This document shows positions 24,801-35,115 of a DNA stretch of 64,000 bases, in pieces; position 1 is the first letter of the stretch, and each line of letters opens with the position of its first letter. Below the pieces are notes generated by a model, which was not told the DNA's origin, ran no database searches, and worked only from the letters and a program-made list of their open reading frames with translations. The DNA is from Rhizaria sp. SCN 62-66 (taxonomy: Eukaryota): the NCBI GenBank assembly GCA_001724265.1, contig MEDY01000660.1, positions 62,001 to 126,000 on the forward strand, written 5' to 3'. Both the position numbers and the translations under genes were made by a program.

Positions 24801-26614
24801 CCCGCCGCCTGTTGACACCCCGTCGCCGTGGCCGCAGTCGACTGCGTGTGGCTTGCAGCCCCAAAGCCTGCGATCGCATTGCCAGTGGGCGTGGAACTCG
24901 TCGACGCAGCGCTGGCCGCCGCGACGAAGGCCTCAAACCGCGGCTGCCGCGCCCAGCGCCCGCTCGTGGCCCGCTGTAGCGCCGCGGCGGCCGCGGTCGT
25001 CGTCGCGGGTGCGCGGGGACGCGAGCGCGGCGGCCGCTGCTGCTGCTGCTGTTGCTGCTTGTGCTGGTGCTGGTGATGTCGGGAGAGGCGCGGGCGCGGG
25101 GCGCCGCCGCCGTGGGCCGTCAGAGTTGCTGCAGCATTCAGTGTGATGCTGCTCTCGTTACAGGTGTTGTTGTGGATATTGCTATTGAGTGCGACTGTGC
25201 GTGTGTGTGCGTTATACGTGCTGGCGCTGACTGCAGCCGCGGCGGAGACCGAGACGGGGGACGACTCAAGGCTGGTGTTGTTGCTGCTGTAGTTCGAGTG
25301 GTCGTTGCGGCTCGTGTGGCGGCTGCTGCCGTTGCTGTGGCCGCTGCTGCTGTTGTTGTACAGCAGCGTCGGCTGCGACCAGGTGCGGTGGTCGAGCCCG
25401 AGGCGCCGCACAGGCACGGACAGCGGCACAACCTCGGTCTCGGCCACAGGGTCTTGCTCAGCTGCAACTGTTACGGTTGCAGCCTCTAGCATTGCGGGAT
25501 CGAGCTCTGCGGCGCCTGCTGCGGACAGCGGATTAGGATCCGTTGTCACCTCTGTCTTGGCTACAGCTAGACCGGGAGCTTCCGCAGCCACTGGTGCAAT
25601 TGCCGCTGCGGTCTCTGGGTCGGGAACGGTGACACTCAGAACAGGCTGCCTGCAAGCTTCGACTGCAGCCCCAGTCACCGTCGTTGACTGCGGTCCGAGC
25701 AGCGTCGCCGCATTGGGGTCCACCGTGGTGCTGTACGCGGTCACGCCGTAAGACAACGCACTGTGCGCTCCGGTGCTGTTTGCAGTGGTGCTGTTTGCAA
25801 TGGCGCTGTTCGCAGTGGTGCTGTGCGGCGGCAGCGGGGGCACACCGGCGCCGGCGTTGATGGCGACAGTGTAGCTGCTACTGCTGTAGCTGCTGCTGTG
25901 GAAGTACACAGAGTGCCGTGAGCCCGATGACGGCAACGCTGACGCAGAGGCTGACCCAGCCACGCTCGCATTAGCGCGGGCGCCTGCGGCAGTCAGCATT
26001 GCGGGGGCCAGACTGACAGTCGAAGCCGGCTGCGCGGTTGTGACCGAGACAGCGTCAGCGGCAAAGTGCACCGCTCGACTAGCGTATGCAGCGCTCGCGG
26101 TGCTTGAAAGCGCAGCAACTGCGGCAGCGTTTGTGGTTGAGGGCGGCAGCGAGAGCGCGGGGATCTGTCGCAGCCCGCGTCCGCTGCTGCTGCTGCTGAT
26201 GTTGGCGCTGTTGCTGCTGATGTTGCTGTGGCGGCTGCCGCTGTAGCTGTGCGGAGACGGCGCGCGACTGGTCACTAGCGTGCGGTGGGCAGTCACAGTG
26301 CGCGGCTGTGGAACTGGGTGCAATGGCTTGACAGTGCGGTGCGAACCTGCACCTGCAGAAGCAGCAGCGGCGGCAGCGGTGACTGGAGGCAGTCCGGTCG
26401 AGTTGGCTGAGATCGAGTTGCTGCGGGAGTTGCGGCCCGCGGGACCATTGTTCTCTTTGTCGTCGTGGTCTACAGTGTCGGAAACGTCAGCATCACCGTG
26501 TGCAGCAAGAATGTCAGCCACATCGTCGTTTACACGTACGGAGAGGCGATTCCGGTGCACGAAGCCGTCGAGGGCGGAGTGCGACTGCACGGGTGGCGTG
26601 CTGCGGGCGTCCAT
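15824..26614 (-). CDS. Uncharacterised 3,596-aa single-exon protein, mostly low complexity (A/S/H/Q-rich)
   Basis: 10.8-kb stop-free frame from ATG to TGA, bounded by AT-rich DNA on both sides. Internal repeats have periods that are multiples of 3. No domain recognised. Confidence 0.7.
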   Translation of the reverse strand: MDARSTPPVQSHSALDGFVHRNRLSVRVNDDVADILAAHGDADVSDTVDHDDKENNGPAGRNSRSNSISANSTGLPPVTAAAAAASAGAGSHRTVKPLHPVPQPRTVTAHRTLVTSRAPSPHSYSGSRHSNISSNSANISSSSSGRGLRQIPALSLPPSTTNAAAVAALSSTASAAYASRAVHFAADAVSVTTAQPASTVSLAPAMLTAAGARANASVAGSASASALPSSGSRHSVYFHSSSYSSSSYTVAINAGAGVPPLPPHSTTANSAIANSTTANSTGAHSALSYGVTAYSTTVDPNAATLLGPQSTTVTGAAVEACRQPVLSVTVPDPETAAAIAPVAAEAPGLAVAKTEVTTDPNPLSAAGAAELDPAMLEAATVTVAAEQDPVAETEVVPLSVPVRRLGLDHRTWSQPTLLYNNSSSGHSNGSSRHTSRNDHSNYSSNNTSLESSPVSVSAAAAVSASTYNAHTRTVALNSNIHNNTCNESSITLNAAATLTAHGGGAPRPRLSRHHQHQHKQQQQQQQRPPRSRPRAPATTTAAAAALQRATSGRWARQPRFEAFVAAASAASTSSTPTGNAIAGFGAASHTQSTAATATGCQQAAGAMLIGVLARHADVCSSSNSSSFTSGNSHGHIHGQGQTHADNSYYRDSCFTATQPPSKLQSRSPAPPMLLLHSRSQASTQHQTQKLTLVTGRGRSSSASTVATNVTTHATGSVKVRVSSGKLSADDATRAPPQVQSRPRSQSKLPCDQIAPATVRVTAADGAVRSRSRLRVCSTRSSSNNSSSRSSNISGSRSPSPVQDSHQHSRSRSRSRSRYQSSANASASAHIGARASATASVVSVCAASVSVRSAAAGRAPFMSPPSTASVPSVAERIECTEHDQHNSVQQREQVAHANNMLSPPSCSNSNSSMRMRMRSQSHAESVAQSRTRLLGSAAEGRTTTGFAVQTDGYSDHHSVCAIRAATQHNAVNQKAQPIAGDAADVYRTDVDDTAVFVSASVPVTPGSMLAHCLVWSLRHIERLQTLWLPAADAHGHSPDSHSAASSAWTASAAAVRLAELAGVAARARGIPGFVATVAAIATNNSNSSNNNSTAGNSTAAISRSELQDCQGDAATILLPRLVALLLPQEREALQSLCAAPELRDALVLAAPACLETNRSRSHSHAVSDGSVPEAVAAPETAEPCFVSGCGGPAPSRSAAAALVLAALLLCGAAPPCAAAAAAAVQTLAPLLLLSQHAHAHAHSPPVATTVSSSLSGAESAGNGYVPGLAAAAAPLTDAVATTRASANAASSNSEGKGAPVLCGDGMRANAALHRLLPRATLLQLTALLAAATHIRLAKLPTPDPQHQHLQHAPPLDLQAQERPAAARLVAWLGRHPGALEPAAARALLRARRAKQDCAGAVAATASTADGTESTAETSAAAGDAGRDACDGCVCGAWGIGSEHRNCPRSQERAAVPTSLSRSQSVSQSVSQSVSQAQPQSLGAGPLVRLQPLSLESRFRLLLAGVVAANSCTRAYHDNGSQTRIGTDSTRLLASVSNRSDETDTSTAVEAVDNSVADAFTASVGTGVAADAVRNCANDDGDDELDSLPAPQPSVTVSPSTTAVVAITTASDVDLRPCADRTTGADDSGACLARQHCYVPSDNITATHHFIGSAESDCNDASDENNENEPPAAPPCALPASDPFAAFYASSLAPSLALHTPLPGDKLDRERGRGREQSSAGDRENDANELPHKAHNAPNASAEHSAHNDTALAPERTALRGLTSSPEHGVAHSHSGAWGRLQWSLGDGHAGTDYTNDDCDGDTQDDSGANTNTDEYSGCGGSRYSFTRSHSHTRDSAVGGGDTAQRRERSRVLTQLASAMPSHLHSHSKLSANLPTHMTRPGFILSPEQNGFDASGTFSAITAITAITDATVASSLSGFSAAAAAASQAQLAPQSLLPVFPDVFSPTAATASFASAVSPNAPTATGRDAGAQKSLQHQHQQLLLSPRTPLLRSLVGSFAARLATNKTNNVGNVNTTSNAQTGTLNSNADGIGRVSLSKNTHANVDGAVDWAMLSAEERRARAPAHSADGSSIGLQHQHQQQQQPPRPGVFARERDGDSPLPFASAAAESAASDSLALAHPVVGTSGDWPVDRDARTGTYAGAAVVAVSDATAEQEARAATASSAAPTVNTAVAVQAASRVGVKNTTRVPSLKCDPAAEATLTALTVDEEVAGVETPGPARARRQPSAAASIAVAALGVGVWSHSQNYNHDHSHGLSHSQNYSHNHNCRLSDCGCDCSGATNAANSRGYGHIGSDASSERACDGPCDCERHGDSERDCEQLSRTRQCSARRCRVTACTDSPLAALAALSLGPRDDTYHNLSHSHRNKAHNRYDDDDDGDDYNHYAHHSALPLRVAYNRNVSQHSSHSQNHRHHGGAHHSGHGHHGGHSHHSSQHGAHSTAARGHSASTHGHHESRQLQQSHPQQDHSDHGHSHSQQQPQQQPLSQLQQRVQQLQYSASGRPASISSLSPRFRSPFQAASGVAAPAAFSAATRSATRSSATAAAAAVVSSMATEDAAAAAMAATAATVAERGRQRWRVWPDLGSSGHSARTDSYDGDVDKDNCATGVERMMALCSSSFDALNLGEAQGNDNEADCKRHTVSKPSHHRPRADAIDSGEISMDATAGTHVPLLSRSCDNMNSVGISSSSSGCNSPDAAFDAHEIARVESMEASSVCILVAAAPAPCVVLPNTGTAVHAGVNKGISHHGDNNSLKRDSSYVSSSTSSASAAAGTGASSHTLLPPFLAYSLSRSLSQPLSQDPSQGPAVSVSVSGSQAAAPSVVLSSLHGESQAGSHALASSVSTPHAGQAQVADAGGDGVAEQTAATTAETHDNSQHEQPCPMLVPSSSLVAALSGRSPRLRPQHRSPPCTATQRSPCLSPSPAFSPSFAQSPGTASSGDYCTVELVHLRTRGNNQRLLHSRTDNDEDDVRSNNDSDKENDSGGEIDAATGSPLDSESYHQSQWRWQPQQQWQQLGREYDLDSERGLLSGRDVQSTESPAVSAAVTPRSASSAARAGATPRPLALLPVLAESECEPNSRTAVKTVHTQADTATAASSAAAPASGVAVKHLAIAVENVCAEAVSPVYAQSPRHVQSPSSATGPALRLPPHLFVSVSPRLAPLPTTTPTAARGPLPPRSARSLAPASTTTTASAGAAVRAEALSPHSALSPQSVLSSGSALTPRLPMSPLSLHRAASPSGFVWPGTRRNSSTTRPTLATAQNCTMSPRNADIGTSVGANSELQCVAALPRTEAETAVDDVLASLQSLWQSLQRNAGDAANAAGLARQLALDELATATDGAARACAAPGHWAALAAVLPGGAWGLFAAARLWARARELLRPGEPAARVLPRGANETRDALTRSLLLLAAHLPSAVHSDSNAAATPRSPRAAASTPRRSASPLHASSCAGNENTLVVLATMLAMPQPRVRRVPEYWPLMLAISRAVASSPQLRQAGSSVRRDRALRYALQQDARDRAAVYNALGACNCTLCCVVVLGGFGRRSAVAPAVAVELGDDEMDALADAAGVKNMTALAAVLVRIANHDGAADTLKELLLRLRLDAYEANTV

Positions 26615-26937
26615 AATGAGCTTGTCAACAAAATGTGCGCCCTAACGCAAGAAACGAAATTAAATTTCGGGAAGTGTAAGATTTGGCAATTAGAGATTTA
26701 TCGATACTTTTTCGAAATACCGAATGAAATTCGTTGTATACACTCCTTTAGTTGATCTCAGTGTTAGTTTGCAACTTGAAAAATAATTCACGCCCACCGC
26801 AACTTAAACTTGTGGTCGATTCAAACATGAATCACATATGCAAGCTTAGATAGGTCAATTAAAGTTGTGTATATGTCTCTACAAATAAAGAGTGAGAAAA
26901 TTAGGTATCGTCAAGTATTAAAGTATCTCAGTGTTGT

Positions 26938-29900
26938 TTAGGTCAGGAAGTCGTCGAAACTCATCGCCGCGGGCGCCGGCTTCTTCGGGCCTCCATTGAC
27001 ACCAGGCTTCTTCCGACCACCGATGCTGTTGCTCTCTGCAACCGGGGCAACCTCAGAGGCAGCAAAAGCAGCAGGGACAACGGGCGCGGGCGCAGACCCA
27101 CTCGGCTTGCCCTCAAACGCCTGTTGCTGCTGAAGCTGTTGCGCTCCGCGACCACCACGGCCGCCGCTGCCACCACCGCGCCCGCTGCCGCCGCGGCCTG
27201 CGCCACTAGCGTTGCCATTGCGCGCAGACTCTGCCTCACTTGCAGCCGAGAAGTTATATTGGTCAGTCGTTGGCGCAGCCGTAGTCGGCGTAGTCACATA
27301 AACCTTCTTTGGGCCGCCACCGCCTTGTGCAGGTTCTTGCTGTTGTCCCCGATTGTTCGTGGCAAAGCCTTTGCTGCTGCGATTGTTATTATTGCTGTTG
27401 TTGCCGGTATTGTCGCTATTGTTGTTGTTGCTCTTGTTGTTGCTGCTGCTGTTGTTGTTGTTGCTGTTGTTAAATTTGTTCCCAGCACCACGACGGTTCG
27501 CGTTTACAGTTGCCGTCGACGTCGCTGTGACTGCCGTTGGCGATGTCACGGTGTTGTCGTACGCGTCCAAGTCCTCGTCATACATGCCGTACACGCCGTC
27601 CTCAGCCGCAAACATCGGCGCTGCATCATCGGGCTCCAGTCCGCCAAACTCAATCTCACCAGCGGCAGCGGGCACCGACAGCAGCAGCGACAGTGCAGCG
27701 TCATCAACGCCACGGCCCTTCGCTGCAGCTGCAGTTAAACCCGCGTCTGCGTTGGGACCTACATTCGCGCTCGAGCCAGAAACGATATCTAGCGTCTTCG
27801 CTTGCGCTTGTGCTTGTGCTTGCATGCGTGCAGCAACAGCTTTGGCCCGCTCCTCGCGCGTCTTCGCGTCGGCGGCCCGCATGCGCTCCTGTTCGGCCCG
27901 CTGCGCGCGCAGCCTCGCGGCGCCCTCCTCGGTTTCGGCCTCAAACAACGCCGCAGTAACCGCGACGGCCTTCTCTGACACGGCCGCCAGGTCCAGCTCG
28001 GGCTGCTCGATTTTCTGACGCAGCAGCCTGTGCAGCAGCGCGCGGAGGTTTTTGAATAGCACGGCCACGCGCGGCCGCGTGCGCAGGTCGGCCCAGCGGT
28101 CCACGGTGGCCAGACCGGCGGCGTGCGCAACCTCGACCGTGTTGCCAAAGAGCAGCAGCGCGTACGGCGAGCATGGCGACAGGTCGCGAAGGTACGTCTT
28201 GCCCGTCTTCATCTTCTGCTGGAACACGAAGTAGCTCCCCGGCAGGTTGAGCTGGCCGAAGACCGCCGACGTCGGGTGCAGCGCCAGCTCGCCGTCGCGC
28301 TGCGTCATGAAGCGCAGCACGCTCGCCGCAGTCGCGGGCTCGAAGATCTTCTGCGCGCCCGACGTCACGGGCGCCGTCAGAGCAGCGTTAACTTCGTCGG
28401 CAACAGCCTTAGCAGCTGCGGCGGCTGCGGCGGTGGCAGTTGCGGCGTCAAGAGTGCCACTGTTGGTCGATGCCGCTGCGTTGCTGTTGTTAAAGAGGTT
28501 GTTGCTATTGGCGCGGGGCGCGAGAAGCTTCGCGAGACGCGGGTCCTGCTTGAGTGCGCCGAGCCCTTCAACACGCACAAGGTTGGGATACAGCCCAGCG
28601 ACGATGACGGCCTGCACGAGCGAGTAGTTGTCGCTGTTAGCGTTGAGCGTCGCGCCCGTAGCCTCGCGCACGCCGTCGCTGCCGGCGCCGCCGCGCGCCG
28701 CCGCGCGGGCGACGCTGCGCGCGGTCACGCCCGGCGGCGCGAACTTGATCGACGACAGCAGCTCCGCGAACTGGCGCTTCATGTCGCGCATCGTCTGCAG
28801 CGTGGGCACCGAGAGGAAGTATTTGGTCTTGTAGATGCCCTCGTCGCCGCGCGCGCGCGCCCGCAGCCAGCCCTCGTAGGCGTGCAGCAGCGTGAGGTGG
28901 TCGGACGCCTCGTGCGTGAACCGCCGGCGCGCGTCGTCCGCGGCGTCGCGCCTGTCAAGGGGGGCGTAGAACGGGCTGCGCAGCGACATGCCCGCGGCGA
29001 CCGTAAGCACAGGGTCAAGACAGCGGAAGATCGCGCCGTAGAGCATCATCTTGCCAAGGCGCACGTCGACAGGCAGCGACGCCAGGTGGTAGCCCAGCGG
29101 CGTGAGCGTCTCGTGCCCACGGTCCTGTTCCAGCGCGCGGATCGACTTGAGGCCGAGCAGCGTGTGGCGCAGCGCGGACCGCGCGGGCGGCTCGAGGGCC
29201 TTGGACAGGAACTGCTCGACGTTGGCGTGGCCGAGGATCTTGACATGCAGACACAGCGCCTCGAGCGGGGCGCGGAGCATCTCGGGCAGCTGCTGCGGGG
29301 GAAACTCGCGCTCGTAGCGGGCCTTGGTGAAGAGGTGGTAGCAGAGACCGGGGCGCACGCGGCCGGCACGGCCGGCGCGCTGCTTCGCGTTGGCCTGGGT
29401 CACCCTGTGATAGCGCAAACACAATGTCAAGAGAAAGTATGTGACTGGCGATGTGAGAATAACATCAAATGAAATTGACAAGCGGAACAACAAAAATGAT
29501 ATCAAAAGCGCAAAAAGCGTAAATATATGAAAACTAGTTGTTCTTAAAACGTACCATGTAGTGACGAGTGAGGACATCGCCGACCTCGGGTCATAGCGCA
29601 TCTCCTTCATCTTGCCTGCGTCAATCACCACTGTGATGTCGTCGATCGTCAGCGACGTCTCGGCCACGTTGGTCGAGACGACAACCTTGACCGTGCCGCG
29701 GGGCGCCTTGACGAAGCACTTGTGTTGGTCCTCCGAAGAGAGTGCGGAATGAAGCGGGATCATGAGCAGCGTGCCCTGTTTGCCCAGCAGCCTGTCCTGC
29801 TGCATGTACTTCATGCAGTCCATGATCTCGGCCAGTCCGGGCACAAATACCAGCACGGCGCCGTCGTCGCCCTGCAGCCCGTTGCGCACAACGTGAGCGA

Positions 29901-32900
29901 CCAGCGCGGCGATGCACTCGAAGTTGACCTTCTCCTCGTCCATCGCGGCGATGGTGCGCATCGTCTTAGGGCGGAACGTGCGGCCGCTTTCGCTCAGCGC
30001 GCCCGCGGCGGCCGCAGCGTCGAGCTCGGCCTGGTCCTCGGCCACCTCGCGCATCTCCGCCGCCGCCACGCGCCCGTACCGCCCGCCGAGCGACTGTGCA
30101 AGCGGGTTATTCCGGCCCGCGACCGCGCCGTCGGCGCTGCCGTGGGTCTCGGGCGCGTACTGCGGGGGCCGGCGCGCGCCGCCGCGGCGGAGAAAAGGGG
30201 AGCCGTCGGAGATCTCGTAGTTGCAGTCCTCGATGGCGTCCTCGAGGTAAAAGCGCTGGACGGGGAAAGTGCGGCCGGGGACGTCAATGACACCGCAAAT
30301 CTAAGCAAGACGGAAACAGAATATGCAAGAAATTATTCGTAAAACATGAGTTTAATGTGGATAAAAGAGTGAATACAATACGCTCTTTTCGAAATTTGTA
30401 ATGTGAACAACGCGTACCTCAGGTCCGCCGAAATACCTCACGAAAAGCTCCGCATCGATGGTGGCAGACATGAGTACAAGCTTGACATCAGCCCTGCGCT
30501 TGAGCAAGTCCCTGAGCAGGATGAGCAGAAAGTCCGAGTCAATCGACCGCTCGTGCACCTCATCAATCACAACGTGCGACACGCCCTCGAGCAGCGGGTC
30601 TCCCTCAAGCTGCCGGATGAGGATGCCGTGGGTGCAGAATAGCAGCTTGGTCTGCGCGCTGCGCTTCGCCTCGAGCCGGATCTGGTACCCGACCTCGCTG
30701 CCCACGGTTACCGCGCGCTCGGCCGCCACGCGTTCCGCCACAGCGGTCGCGGCCAGACGCCGGGGCTGTGTGCAGACGACATTGGCAAGCCCGCCGCGAC
30801 CGCTCTCGAGCAGCGCATCTAACAAGAACTGCGGCACTTGCGTGCTCTTGCCGCAGCCAGTCGCGCCTGCCACGACGACAACGCGGTGGTTCGCCACCAG
30901 CGCGTCGATCTCGCCGCGCATCGCCATCGACGGTAACGGCGCGCGCGCCTTGAGCATCTTTTGGTACGCTGGCGTCGCCTGCCGCTTGCGGTGCTGCTCC
31001 AGCGCCTTCGCGCCCGCGGCTTTGACAGCGGGGTCCGCGAGCTGGGCCTCGTAGCGCGCCGCTGAAGCCGCATAGGACGCCGCGTCGGCCGCAGCCTGTT
31101 CCTCGGGGCTGAGCACCTTAGCGCGCGCCAGCACCGCTGCGCTGCTGCTAGACGCAGCACTGTTGGGGTCGACGTCGGCGGGCACTGCGCCGTCCCACAG
31201 CGCGGCATCGAACGGATCGCCGGAGGCGTCCTTAGAGTCGCCATCCAGCGCGTCCTCGTCGTCCTGGCCGTCGCTCTGGACGTCAGCGCCATCGTCGCCG
31301 TCCTGGACATCGCCGTGTGCGCGCGCCTCGGCCCTCTCAGCCGCGCGCGCGGCGGTCTCGCGCTCCGTGTGCAGCGCCAGCGCAGCCGTCGCCGCTGGCG
31401 TCAGCGACAGGAACACGCGCATCAGCTCCGCGTTCTCCGTCCGGATGCGTGCGACGGCGGCGCGGTGGTGCGACTGCGCGCGGGCAAACTCCTCGGCGGC
31501 CTTGGCGGCGGCGGCCGCAGCGGCTGCGGCCGCAGTGGTGCTCTCAACGTGCGGGTCGCGGCCGATGGGGACTGCGGCGGAAGAGCTGCCGGTCGTCGAC
31601 TTAAAGATGGCTGCGTAGTCATCCTCTTCTTTGTCGCCAACGTCCCCGTCGTCGTTACTGTCGTCGTCGTCGCTTTGCTCAGGAACATCAGAAGAAACTG
31701 ATTTCTTGCTCTTCTTGTCCTTTTTCTCTTTCTTGTCCTTTTTGTCTTTCTTATCCTTCTTATCCTTCTTGTCAACAGCGGCGGCGGCAGCGATTAAGTC
31801 ATGCGGCCGCGGCGGCGCCGGCTCCCGCTGCCACATGGCCTCTGCCCTAAGCAGCGCCGCACGCAGCTCCAGCTCCTTCCCAGCGTCCCCCAGCGCGCCC
31901 GCGAGCCTTGCGTTCTCGATGGTGTCGTTGAGCGCGAGCAGCCGCGTCACGCGCGCGCGCTGCTCGCGCAGCTCGCGCTCCTCCTCACCGTCAGCGCCCC
32001 ACGCCTCGCCGGCCCCGCCCGCGGCCGCTGCGCCCAGCGCGCCGCCGCCGGCGCTCTCGCGCGCAAGCTTGGCCTTGACGGCCGCGCGGGCCGCCGCCTC
32101 GACCGTAGCCTCGGCCTTTTCCTTGGCCTTGGCCTTGGCCGCGGCGGCGTCCTCGGCGCGCTTTTTGGCCTCCTGCGCGGCCGTGGGCGGCGCCGCGACG
32201 GGTCCCGCGCCGCCGCCAACGCGGAAAGCGTCCTCGACGCGGCCTAGAGCGGCGTCGGCATTCAGCGGGGCGCGCACGGCGGCGGCGGCCGCGGCGGAGC
32301 GCAGCGCCTCCGAGAGCTCGAACACAGCGCCGGCGCCCGCGGAGGCCAGCGGGGTGGTCGCGGTCCAGAGCAGGCGCGTGAGCTCGTACTTAGCCGTCGC
32401 GGAGAGGTACTTAGACTTAACCAGCACTACGGGGCGCGAGTGCGGGTAGTCACAGCGCAGCAACAGCGGGCGCTCAGTCGCCGTATCACCTGTGCCTGAT
32501 GCCGTCGTGTCGGCTGCGCTCTGTGGCACACGCGGGGGCGGGAGCGCTGCCTCGGGCTCGGCCTCCGCGGCGGCCTCAGCCTCAGCAATCGCGTCCTCCG
32601 TGGTGTCCAGTGCGGCCCGCGCGGCGACGCCCGTGGCGGAGCCCTTGCGGTACCCGTGAGCCTCGCGTCCCCAGACCTCCATAGTAACACCCCGGGGGTC
32701 GTCCTCGCCCCGGGCCGCGGCGCGCGCGGCAGCCTCGCCCCAGTTGTCGCGGTTGTCATCCTTGTCTTTGTCGGTCTTAGCCACGTACAGAGCCTTGAGG
32801 TCCAGCTTGTCGCTGCCGCGCACCGGCTTCATGGCCGGCGCCTTCGGCTTACTACTGCTTGAGCTCGGTTTGCTGTCTGTGTCTGTGTTGGTGGACTTGT

Positions 32901-34659
32901 TCGTTTTGAATGCGTCGGGCATCGCGATCTTGAGCTCGTGCAGCCCGAACGCCACGACGGTGGCGCCCCACTCGTTCTTGCCCACCGTGCCGGGAAACGT
33001 CGACGCCAGCACAATATCCTCGTCGGCCACGGTCTCCGCCCAGTCGGGTGCCCAGAGGCCCTTGGACTTGGACTTCGCCGACTTCGACGTCGCCCTCGTG
33101 CCAGAGGCAGCGTCTTTACTACCCCCGTCGCTGCTGCTGCTACACGTGCTCTCTGTGAGCTCCTGTGCGTACTGATACGTCGGCAGCAGCCGCGGCCGCT
33201 GCCCCTTGACCGCCGCGCCGCCCAACGCAGCCTCGCGAGCCGCGGCCTCGGCCTCACTGCCGTTGCTGCTTCCACTGTTATTGTTGATCGCAAACCAGTG
33301 GTAAAGCGTGTGCAGCGCGGGGAACACGTCCCAGCCGCTGGCCTGCAGCGCCTCAGCGACCTCGCGCCGCGGGAACCCCGCCTGCGCGAGCGAATCCACG
33401 AGCGCCATCCGCCGTAGAGCGCCGGACTGGCCGCTGCCACCGAGCGCCGCGGCCTCGCTGCTATCAGCCAGACCGCCATCGGCTTTGTCGTCAGCAAGGT
33501 TAAAGCTGAGCATCTCGAGCCCGCCCTGTTTGGAGCCCATAAACCGCTCCGGCAGCGCGGCCTCAGGCACGTGCAGACATAACCAGTCCAGGCACTGCGT
33601 CACGCGTGCCGCGGCGAAGCCCTCGAGCGCGCCCGCGTCGCCCAGCGCGCCCGCGGCGGCGCGCAGCTCCTGAAGGAACTGGCGGTGCGCGGCGACCAAT
33701 GCGGCGGGCGAGGGCGGCGCCGCGGCGGCCAGGGCGGCGGCGACGTGCGCGGGGCGAAAGCCGAGGCGTGAGAGCCCGGCCGACACGCGCGCCGTGATCT
33801 CGGCCTGCCAGCGCTCGGCCGCGGCCACGCGCGCGGGCGGAATGCCGGCAAGGTCCGCCGTCGGCGCAGGGGCGGCGCTACTCGCGCTAAGGTTAGCGCT
33901 AGTCGTTGGAGTGCTCGGCTTGTTATCGTTGCCGTCATCATTGTCGCTGTTGGCGTTGTCATTGTCATTGTCAGAGTCGGAGTCGGAGTCGCCGAAAAGC
34001 GGTTTGGCCTCTGTCGTCTGCCCCGTGGTCAGCGCCTGCTGCTCCGCGAGGCGGGACTCCTCCGCGCTAGCAATCACCTCGAGCACGAGCTGCTCGCTGG
34101 CGGCAGACATAAACACGGCCTCGGCCGCGCTCAGCCGGGCCGCGGCGGCGGCGGCGGCGGCCTGCCGGGCCTCGTACGCCGCCGCGGAGCCGGGGATGGC
34201 CGCCAAAGAGCCCCTTAACTGCTGCTGGGGGCGCCTGCTGTTGTTGTTGTTGTTGCTGTTGCTGCCGGTTGCGGTGAGGGCGGGCATGGCGTTAGTGAAA
34301 GGGTCGTTCTCGTCCTCGCCCCAGTACACGCGCTGGCGCGACGACACAACGGGGGCCTGCTGCATCCGCTGCTGCTGCACAAGTCTGTGGAGAAGTGCGG
34401 CAGAGCGCAGCAAGGGCGCAGGGGCACGCAGCAGAGAGGAGAGAGGATGCGCAGTGGTGGCGTTGATGGGCGATATGGGAAGTGACAGGGACAGATAAAG
34501 AAAAGAAAAGTAGGGACAGTGAGTCGTGGACAGGGAGTTAAGTCGGACGCTTGAAAATACAGAGATATAAATGTGTGCTATAAGATATGGCACGTACTTT
34601 TTCTCCTCTTTGAGTTTGCGTGCAGCCTCGCCGCCGCCTTTATTGAAGCGGGGAGGCAT
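26938..34659 (-). CDS. DEAH-box RNA helicase of the DHX57/DHX29/DHX36 group, ~2,413 aa; exons 34659..34598, 34384..30418, 30300..29555, 29404..26938
   Basis: GATGCGKSTQVPQFLL, CTQPRRLAA, DEVHER, MSAT, PGRTFPV, STNVAETSLTIDD, QRAGRAGR, HA2 (LTPLGYHLASLPVD) and OB-like C-terminus. UBA-like (LDWLCLHVPE) and RWD-like (DYPHSRP) segments N-terminally. Three GTACG..AG introns in consistent phase. TAA stop. Confidence 0.9.
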
Positions 34660-35115
34660 CTGTGTGGTGAGGTCTGTGACAGGACGATGTTGGAAAAGAT
34701 AGTTAGAAAGATGAAAATAGGTTTTCATATGCCACCTAATTAATGGTATAGAGAAAATTACGTCATAAATTTAGAATCAAAGTCTTGTGTTAACAGACGG
34801 ATACTTCGTGGCACATGATACACTTAAAGTTTACGAGTCACGCACCTGCCCTCTCGCCGCAGAACCCCACCGTCCGACATTGAGTTGAAATTTCATCAAT
34901 ACCGACACATATAAACACTCCGTTACGCATATAACTTACTAAACTAATGTATCTCACTAATTTATCCCAGAATCTTGTTGTATAATTGATCTCACTTGAA
35001 CAAACAACTCTCTACGCCTAAATTCTCACAACCTCCCATTCTCCACGTGCTTTCCATCCCGTATCCCCGCCCGTCGCTCGCGTCCCCCTGCCCTTGCTCT
35101 ACGCAGCGCGTTCGC

